Source: Octopus vulgaris (taxonomy: Eukaryota). Taken from it: a stretch of DNA of 64,000 nt. The stretch's first letter is position 1. The number at the start of each line of letters is the position of its first letter. The position numbers and the translations under genes are program-made. The notes beneath the pieces were generated by a model. That model saw only the letters and a list, made by a program, of their open reading frames with translations, did not search any database and was not told the DNA's origin. The DNA lies in assembly GCA_951406725.2 (NCBI GenBank), contig OX597830.1, forward strand, positions 63,240,001 to 63,304,000. The letters are read 5' to 3'. This document shows positions 53,932 through 64,000 of the stretch, piece by piece.

Positions 53932-54414
53932 TTTAAACTAGTGCCAACCGAACTTACATTTGTTAGCACAGTACCAACTGCTTTTAACAAATCCTTCTCC
54001 CACAGTGTGGCAATTCCTTAGAAACCTTCCCAGCCCTGCACATATCAATTACATTGATCTCACCGTCTTGGAGGGCTTAAAAACGGCCACGGGCACCAAA
54101 CCTACTTTTCAATAAACTATATTGGTTTGAAAATTCACCAGTCCATTCCATCAATTCGATAGCAAATCAATATAATATGTTTGTCAATATCTGCATTCAA
54201 CAATGGATTTTTGTTTAGTGGAAACTGTGTTATCTGTTAAACATTCTGTGATAATTTATTCATAATTAAACATTATTATTTGTAAACCAGCTCTGATTAA
54301 TTGTTAGCTGTTGGAAAAGAAAATTGCCATTGTGAAGTGGGGGAAAGTGGTGTTGGTGAAATTTGGTTGGAGGGCTGGGATGTGCTTTGAGAGAGCCATT
54401 GAACATTTATCTTA

Positions 54415-54714
<300 letters not shown>

Positions 54715-55009
54715 TTATTTTGAATCAAACATTTGAAAGATATTTTAAAAATCAAATTTACTTTTTTTAAAAAAAAAAATATTTATCCAAGCAATCATTT
54801 TTTCTCTTCTTCAAATTTGGATAATTTATACATGAATTTCTAGCTAAGGGTTTCATTTTTCCTTCCTATTCTTCACAACCCATTAATGAATTGGAAGAAG
54901 TAGTCTACATATTTTGAACGAGAGTAACTGAGACAAAACCAGTGAGGTGTCTTGCTTTATTGGGCACAACAGAATGGCTGTATACCTTAACTAAATCTCC
55001 TTTGATATG

Positions 55010-55275
55010 AGACATTTGGAGTTTGACATTACTGCCCTCATCTGTGTTTCTTGCCTAGGGGTAGATTCATCAGGAAGGAGATCTAGTTTTGTTTTGAAAA
55101 AGCCTACATCCACACCAAGCAGGTCTCTCAGGTTTTGTGGGAGGATATTGAAGAGCTGTGGGCCTTTGAATCCTAAGCTGTTTCAGTATCTGGTCCTGTA
55201 TCCTGAGGGCAATGTTGGGACCTTTGGCACCCTGTCCTACTGTTTGTGTAAGTGAAAATGCCAAAGTTTGGAACA
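55010..55275 (-). mobile_element. LINE 3'-terminal ORF fragment (CR1/L2-group-like)
   Basis: Minus frame NSLGFKGPQLFNILPQNLRDLLGVDVGFFKTKLD..PDE resembles LINE C-termini. Confidence 0.6.
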
Positions 55276-55589
55276 AGTTTCTCTAAGGTTTTCCAGATGT
55301 ATATTAAGAAATGTAAAAAAAAAAAAATTTTATTAAACATTTTGGAAGTAGAAAAAGAAAAGGAAAATATTTTGCACTTTGTAGAATTATAACCAATTTG
55401 TTGCTCATAAACTTTAACAATAAAATCCTATATGAATCCCGGTTGAGAACCATTGTGCTAAACAAATGAAAAAGATTAGTTTTGCTACAGAATAAAGTTT
55501 AGTACAGCTTTCCTAACACTAGTAAGGTGTTAGGAAAGCTATGTCAACAACAGGGACCAGTATTTCTAGAGCTATTTTATTATATTTTA

Positions 55590-55913
<324 letters not shown>

Positions 55914-57089
55914 CTAAAATAAAAAGAAGAAAACATCAATGGTAATACGGCTTGTGTTATAAAGATGATACAGTTATGGATACGAGAAGGAAAATACATT
56001 TGGTAGTAATAGCTGTAATAATGGTGGGTTTCTCTTTTGTTTTTTTTCAAAGTATTGTTTTTGGTTAGTAAATATGTTATGTAGAAAAATACAGCACAAG
56101 ATTTGCAAAAGAAGAAAAAGAAGTTCAACACAGGCACATGGTCCAAATTTTAGATGCAAGGAAATATAGCCCATTACGCAGAACCCCAGCACTTAACTGC
56201 TACTATATTTTATAGAGCACGAGGGATGAAAAGTAAAGCTGACCTTATTAGAATTGAACTCATATAATAACAAAAAGTAAAGGTCTTTGATATAGGCACA
56301 GGGCCAGCAAATTTAGGGAAGAGGATTAGTTAATAGCATCAACCTTAGTATGTGACTGGTACTTTATTTTATTGACCCCAGAAGGGTGAAAGGCAAAATT
56401 AACCTTGGTGGGATTTGAACTCAGAATGTAAAGAGTTAGGAGAAATGTCAGAAGACACATTTACAATGCTCTAATGATTCTACCAGCTTGCTGCCTTTAG
56501 CCATTTCTGTTTTAGACATTAGACCCGCGATTCTGAGGAGAGAAGATTTCCAGTATTTAACTGGTACTTAATTTATCGACCCTGAAAGGATGAAAGCAAA
56601 GTCAACCTCGGTGGAATTTTAATAATAATAATAATAATAATAATCTTCTAATATAACAATGAGCAGATTATTATTATATTGTCAAGGCAGGGAGCTGGCA
56701 GAATTGTTAGCGAGAAGTGAAATGTTAAGCAGTATTTCATCTGCTGTCATATTCTGAGTTCAAATTCCACTGAGGTCGACTTGGCCTTTCATCCTTTCAG
56801 GGGCGATAAAATAAGTACCAATTAAGTACTAGGGTTGATGTAATTGATTATCCCCCTCCCCCAAATTTCAGGCCTTGTGCCCATAGTAGAAAGGATAATA
56901 ATAATTATTATTATGGTTCTTGTTTAGCCCCAGGGTCAGCCATGATCCTACAGTTAGTAAAGTATTGGGGTCTTTGTAATAGGCTGACACCTTCCTCTAA
57001 AATTGCTAACCAGAATATGTAACAATTATATGTGGCCTGATCAATGAGTATCTGGACTGTTGCCATAGTAACAAAGCTAAAGCATGCAG

Positions 57090-57845
57090 AGTAATGCTGC
57101 TTGGCACAGATTGACCTTGAGCTCTGTTGTGCATGTGCACTAAGTTTTAACGTTCTAGCTCACTTCCGCTGTTTACAGCAATGCTTGGAAGTAAAGTGTG
57201 TAATGAGTGGTTGTCGCATTGACCATGACAGAGTAAGTTGAGCAGAGAATCTGCAAGAAATTTTGCCAAAAGCTTGGTGATACCTGCTCAAAGGACTACA
57301 CAAAGTTTTTAAAAAGTTTTCATTGTTCTCGACACAATCAAAGAAATCTTGTACAATTGAAACCTGAGGGTCTTTTTGGTCAGCTGAAAACAGTTTTGGC
57401 ACAAACTTGGCAGACCTGTGTCTCATACCCAAATCTTCAATAATAATGGGCTGAACTGAACTGTAATCTGCACACCATTTGATAACTCACGGATGGTGAT
57501 TCAATGATTTCCTCTTACAGCTGCATGCATATCTGCGATGTTGTTCTCAGTTCCGCTGGTTGCGGGTCTCCCAAAACGTTTGTCAATATCAACATTTTTC
57601 TCAGCCACCTTGGAAACGTCTAAACCACTCATTCACTTGTGTGTGGCTCATAAAACTCCTCTCCATAGACTTTCTGCAAATTTGTGTAGGCCTCTGAGTA
57701 GGTATTACCATGATAATTTTCTCTGTCGTGGTCAATGCAACAATCACACGCTACACACCTTCCTTCCAAGGAAGCAGAGATCAGGGTCAATTTTTGCCAA
57801 GTGGCTTCACTCTATGTGCTTTAGCTATGGCAAGCAGTCCAGATA
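57090..57845 (-). mobile_element. Decayed mariner-family transposon (HTH and linker remnants)
   Basis: GRPATS.TENNI...ITIRELS and LGMRHRSAKFVPKLFSADQK, a variant of the mariner WVPHEL linker; internally deleted, with stops. Confidence 0.8.
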
Positions 57846-57941
57846 CTTACTGATTAGACCTAATGTGTCCATCAAAACTCATTGAGCAGGACTCATCAAA
57901 AAGTATCACAGCCATAGTCATACCATTATTTTTACTCCAAC

Positions 57942-58125
57942 ACAGTGAACACTTATATCGAGTTTATTTGCTTAAGTGGTCCTGTAAGTGTCTTTGTGTC
58001 CTTTGCAGGATCTTGGAAACATTTGGAACAAGCAAGTGCACATTTTTTTAAACCAATAATTGTTATGTAAAATAAAATTACTTTTAATTTATTTTATACG
58101 AGTTTAAAAAAAATTAATTTGTGTG

Positions 58126-58178
<53 letters not shown>

Positions 58179-58375
58179 CGCAAAACAGTGAACACTTATA
58201 TCGAGTTTATTTGCTTAAGTGGTCCTGTAAGTGTCTTTGTGTCCTTTGCAGGATCTTGGAAACATTTGGAACAAGCAAGTGCACATTTTTTTAAACCAAT
58301 AATTGTTATGTAAAATAAAATTACTTTTAATTTATTTTATACGAGTTTAAAATAATTTAATTTGTGTGTGTGTGC

Positions 58376-58412
<37 letters not shown>
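57942..58412. repeat. Near-identical tandem duplication (unit about 244 bp) each ending in (TG)n(TA)n
   Basis: acagtgaacacttatatcgag...gtgtgcatatat at 57942 and again at 58186. Confidence 0.92.
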
Positions 58413-60289
58413 TTAATAAATAACAAAGGAAAAGGAATCATGAAATAAGCATTAGCTTACGGCTATTTTTGCTGTAAGCTCTAAGGAAGCTATAGGATAT
58501 GTTGTACAAGCACTCATCTCTAAGCACACTGCTTCTTATAGCACACACACATATTAGACAGAGTTAAGGGAGAGACTAGCCATGTTAGAAAAGACTGCAG
58601 TTGTGGCTACGACTACAGCTGTGTCTAAGACTGAAACATTCAAATTAGATCAGTGGTTAAAGTTTACTTTGAGATGTTACAGGTTAATAGAGGAGCAGCA
58701 AATGATAGTAGGGAAAAAGTTGTAGAAGAATAAAAAATTAGGGGATCAAAGATTGACTGAAGCTTGTATTTTTTAGGGCACAGGGTAACTGATAACATGG
58801 ATAGGCAGGTGATAAAATGAAGGGATGTCAGTTTTTAGGAGGGATATTAGATGACCTCTAATATGTGGCCATCAAAACTCATTGAGCAAGACTCATCAAA
58901 AGGTATCACAGCCATAATTATACCATTGTTTTTATTCAAACACAGTGTTGTAGTAGAGGTGAGCTAATAGAAAGGAGGACACAGCTTGACTGTGTGAAAA
59001 TAAAGTTTGTTAGTGGTAATAGCTTTCACTATCAGACAGCTGATTTTTCCTTGAAGTATATGTGACTGATACAATATTTCAGATCATCATCATCTGTATT
59101 ATTGTTTTAACATTTACTTTTCCATGCTGGCATGGGTCAGATGGAGTTTTATTGTGGTAGATCTTCCACAGCTGTATGCCCTTTCTGTCATTGATTTCCA
59201 AGCAAGGTAATATTCCCCCTTGGCCAGATTTATATTTGCAGGAAATTGGAAACGAAATACTTTCATTTGGAACTATCAATCAATGTCAAGACAGGGAAAT
59301 GCAAACGCACACACACATACACGACAGGCTTCTTAGTTTCTATCCACCAAATCCATTTACAAGACATTGGTTGGCTCAGGGCTGTAGTGGAAGATATTTG
59401 CCCAAAGTGTTGCTCAGTGGCACTGGAGCAACCTTCTTAACCACACAGACATACCTGTGTCTGTCCTTTATTTTAAAGTAACTAATATTTCCACAACATT
59501 GAGCTATTTACTTTGCACTGGGAATACCCAAGAGACAACAGAAAGGCATTATGATGGCTTGGTATTAGTTAAAGGATAAACTGCAAGTGATTCTGTACAG
59601 AATGGACAAAGCGGTTTGTCAGAGAATATAATGGGATATGTTTCTATTATCTTCTGTAGAGTTTTTTAAGGACATGAACTCGAACTCAACACTTCAAACT
59701 TAACAACCCACTTGAAATTGATATAAGGCTTCTTATATTTGAATTATGAACTGTATCTATACATGATGCCCACTTATAGCTAGATGGTCATAGTTATTTG
59801 TTTAAGGACTCTCTCGTCACTTTAATGAATGAAGGTTCAACAAGATACCATTACACAGTGGTGGTGTGTTGGCATCTCAGTTTGCTGGACAACTCGTCTG
59901 GTGAATATCATTGTTGTGGGTATGGTTTGTGTAGAGCCAATCCCACTTCTCTTGTCCCTCAAACTAGTTTAGGCCTAATGCAACAAGTCCCATGAGCCTA
60001 GTAGTTATTAGGAGTTGTATGAGCAGCTAAGGAGCTGAAGGGCCTTGTCTACTTTGGGTCCATTGGGGTGTCTGTACACGCCCTTTTTCATAGAGGCAAT
60101 TGTGACATGCTTATTAAGCCATAACTGGGACCCTGACAGGTACTACTACTCTGGGTCAGAGTAGACCTGGGAGAGGTGGTTCCACACTCCTCAAAACCCT
60201 GGAACTCCCAAACCAGGGACCACAGTCTAATTTACATTATACAGACTAGAGCTGCCTTACAAAAATTTCTCAAGACTTAGCTAATATAA

Positions 60290-60675
60290 GCATAGGAGTG
60301 GCTGTGTGGTAAGTAGCTCGCTTACCAACCACATGGTTCTGGGTTCAGTCCCACTGAGTGGCACCTTGGGCAAGTGTCCTCTACTATAGCTTCGGGCTGA
60401 CCAAAGCCTTGTGAGTAGATTTGGTAGACGGAAACTGAAAGAAGCCTGTCGTATATGTGTGTGTCTATGTGTGTTTGTCCCCCCCAACATTACTTGACAA
60501 CTGATGCTGGTGTGTTTACGTCCCCATAACTTAGCGGTTCGGCAAAAGAGACCGATAGAATAAGTACTAGGCTAACAAAGAATAAGTCCTTGAGTTGATT
60601 TGTTCGACTAAAGGCGGTGCACCAGCATGGCCACAGTCAAATGACCGAAACAAGTAAGAGAATAAAAGAATAAAA
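60290..60675 (+). mobile_element. SINE family A, full length
   Basis: Closely similar to 1730-2105. Confidence 0.85.
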
Positions 60676-61174
60676 TCATCCACACTATACTGATCATGAA
60701 TAGAAGACTTGCAACAGATGGAGGTTCAAATTCATCAGAGGAAAAGAAAAATATTGGATTAAAATGTGGTATTATTGGTTCATACCACAATCTTTTTACA
60801 TTCATAGAAATCATGTTTACTGGTTTACAAGCTGGCTGGCTACCCTTGAAATTCATAGATCTTGTTGCCACTGCCTTAATCAATCATCAAAGCGCTTGCC
60901 ATTTTAGAGGTAAAAGACAAACAAGCAACTCAAGTGCCGTCCACTAAACTTAAAGCAGCCTGTAACAGCTGTACTGGCTGCCAGTCAACCAAGGGATAAT
61001 CTAGATTAAGTCACTTAACCTTTGTATACTCAACCAGCAGCTTGATCGTCACATAATCATATCTTTATCAGGCTAAGTATTAGAATCCACATGACCCAAT
61101 CATCAAGGCAAGAAAGCCAATATGTTCTGACCTAATTTAACATAGATCTGAAGACACTTTTATACAAGAACTGA

Positions 61175-61229
<55 letters not shown>

Positions 61230-61529
61230 AACATTTGAATATCATTTGACCAAGCTTAAGTCAACATCAATAACAGATAGCTGATCATTCTTGTTTCAAT
61301 ATCCACCTTTCCATACCTGTATGGGTTGCATGGAGCCTACTGGGGTAGATTTTCTAGAGCTGGATGTCCTTCCTGTCACCAATCCATATCTGTTTCCAGG
61401 TAAGGTAATATTTTCCCTAGGCCAGATATGCTTTTGCAGGATATTGGCAATGAATGATGTTGCTTATATATGATAGTGACACTCACTCACAACTAACACT
61501 ACATTAAGACAAGGAGACCCATACATGCA

Positions 61530-61878
61530 GTTCCTGCCTACAAAATTGACTCACAAGGCTTTGGTCAGCGTGGGGCTAAAGTAGAAGACACTTGCTCAAG
61601 GAGCCAGTGCTGGGACTGACCCTGAAATCAAGTAACTGGAGAGCAAACTTCTCAATCATACATTCATGCCTGAAACTATTCTTTTATTTGTTTCAGTTAT
61701 CTGACTGTGGCCATGCTGGAGCACCCCCTTGAGGTGTTTTAGTTGAACAAATTGATCCCAGGACTTATTTTTTAAGCTCAGTACTTATTCTATCAGTCTC
61801 TTTTGCTGAACTGCTAAGTTATGGGGACGTAAACACGCTAACACTGGTTGTCAAGCAGTGATGGGAGGGGGGGCAAAG

Positions 61879-61931
<53 letters not shown>

Positions 61932-62090
61932 ACGGGTTTCTTTCAGTTTCCATCTACTGAATCCACTCATGAGGTTTTGGTTGGCCTGAGGCTTTAGTAG
62001 AAGACACTTGATCAAGGTGTCATGCAATGGAACTGAACCCAGAACCATGTGGTTGGGAAGCAAGCTTCTTACCACACAGCCATGCCTGTG
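61530..62090 (-). mobile_element. SINE family A, one full and one partial copy
   Basis: Reverse complement of family A; inverted relative to 60290-60675. Confidence 0.8.
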
Positions 62091-62747
62091 TCTATACATA
62101 CACATTTAAAAGAAAAATTAAGGGTTTGATAGGAGGGAAGGATCTGTACCTGTGGTCACTGCAAGTTGTCTTACAATTAGCCAGAGAATGTGGTGTTGTT
62201 GATATCTGGTGGTGGTGGTGGGGGTGACACATAAATGAGGTGAGTACCATGACAAACAAAAGTAGGGAATGTCTTGAGGTAAACAACCAACAGTGAACCT
62301 GTTCTTTGTTTTAATTATTTTGTTATTATATTTCTGTTGAAATATTCTGCCTTTGTTTTAATTAATTTTGAAAATAAAAGAATTTAGTGAAATAACTTTG
62401 TTGTTATTAAGCTGGTTGTTTATAACATAAATTAGCAAGAGGTTGTGATGGATGGCTTTAATTAAGAATGGTTAATGAGGGGTGGTGTTAACAAAACCAA
62501 GGAGCTGATGTCCGTGAATGATGTGGCATAGACTGAAAGAAAGAACAGAACCAATGAAAGCAAGTGTCACCTTGAGGAGTTACAACTAATGCAGTGATTG
62601 AAACCACAACATCATCATCATTTAACGTCCGTTGTCCATGCTGACATGGGTTGGACAGTTTGACCAGAGGTGGCAAGCTGGAAGGCTGCACCAGACTCCA
62701 CTTAACAAAATCACAGGGAACATCATGATGATGATGATAATGGTGAT

Positions 62748-63312
62748 GCCCTGATGCAGTACCAGGCAGTGGCTCTCATGGTTTCTGATCTTAACTGATT
62801 GGAAGTGTTATGTACGTTGTTTTGTCTTCGTATAAAAGATGGGCTACAGCAAATATTCTGCTCAATACCACAGATTTACTTGTCAGTTGTTTGACCATAA
62901 CCAGTTGACCATGACCCTTAGTGGCAGCCGATATGTGCATCTCTGACCACGAGCAGAAGTAGTGGGGGAGCATCATAGCCGTGTGTTGAAAGGAATTCTT
63001 GGAGGTTTAGATAATTCACTTTTGGAAACATGGGTGGTTCGTTCAATATCCTTAAACAATCCTCATTCAGGGACCTTTTGAGCGGGATGGGCTACTCGAC
63101 CAGAAGAAAATTCTAACTGGGCCCCACCTGCAAGGTCATGCGCTGTTTATCTTGATATGTGATCACTATGTCACACACATATGGTTGTGATGCATGTACC
63201 TAGTGTACCCTTATCAGATGGGTAGTCATGATGGGTATACTGGGCTTTGTATATTTTACCCCAGTGTCACTTTGATGGCATGCACTGCTCTCTCACTCAA
63301 TAATAATAATAA
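62748..63312. mobile_element. Unclassified interspersed repeat between (GAT)n and (AAT)n
   Basis: Higher-GC block bounded by microsatellites; no convincing ORF. Confidence 0.4.
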
Positions 63313-64000
63313 TACCAAATGATTCTCAATGAACAATGAGGGATGCCTTTGTTTTAGTTACATCAACCAGTAATTTGATCATAGCTGATTGGTATAAATC
63401 AACAACCAATGAGACTAGGTCGGAAGAAAGAAAAAACAAAACAAAAAAGGAACCAGAGGAAAAGAGTTACAATATACACAAAAATAGACCCTTGAAGTGC
63501 TCATTGTAACATAAAAAAGTAAGGAAAAAAATTAAGCATGAAAATTTGCAGTTTGAAAGAAGCAACTGTGTTAAAATTCCGAGGATTGTACACATCTCCA
63601 TGATTTCTCATCAAGAATTATTATATTGATTTACTCTTACAACCCACTTAACACGTCTTAAAAATTCTCATTATTTTCATCTTTTCTTGGTAACATGCAA
63701 ATGAAGCATTCATCTCACTTCAGTATCATTTATTATTAAAGCAGCAAGCTGGCAGAATTGGTAGCACAGTGGGCAAAATGCTTAGTGGTATTTCGCCTGT
63801 CTTCATGTTCTGAGTTCAAATTCCACCAAGGTCGACTTTGCCTTTTATTCTTTTAGGGTTGATAAAATAAGTACAAGTTGAACACTGAACACTGAGATCG
63901 ATGTAATTGATTAAGCTCCTCCAAATTCCAGGCCTTGCGTCTATAGTAGAAAGGATTATTATTGTTCTTGTTGTTGTTCATTATCATCATTGTTGTTTAA

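Noticed and set aside
57985-58015. Strong plus-strand acceptor-like motif tctttgtgtcctttgcag|G inside the tandem duplication
   Set aside because: Wrong strand for JNK, and no convincing donor or open exon follows.
55914-64000. Search for upstream JNK exons (VMELMDANL...HSAGIIHR and earlier)
   Set aside because: Not found by eye; a minus-strand GATGTGTAC (DVY) near 63590 does not continue as JNK. These exons probably lie outside the window.

Overview
Eukaryotic, AT-rich, repeat- and microsatellite-dense DNA. The SINE/MITE repertoire and the (TA)n/(AAT)n/(GAT)n landscape point to a coleoid cephalopod, most likely Octopus (inference). The only protein-coding gene I can support is the 3' part of a c-Jun N-terminal kinase (JNK; MAPK8/9/10- or basket-like) on the minus strand. 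Its six coding exons (55748-55913, 54609-54680, 51234-51544, 47933-47996, 46661-46735, 23826-23899) splice in frame from DLKPSN through the TPY activation loop to a TGA; the 5' exons were not found and presumably lie beyond 64000. Points of interest: a U12-type (GTATCCTTT) intron in JNK; a candidate stop-containing cassette exon with tandem acceptors 5 nt apart (33807-33868/33863); several Penelope-type minimal hammerhead ribozyme motifs, some inside long palindromes set in (TA)n, one of them in the presumptive JNK 3' UTR; inverted SINE pairs; and SINE arrays nested in (AAT)n. The rest is decayed RTE and other LINEs, Tc1/mariner relics, TTAA and hAT MITEs and simple repeats. Nearly all ORFs in the supplied track are microsatellite or SINE artefacts. 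I found no evidence of a new multi-gene system.
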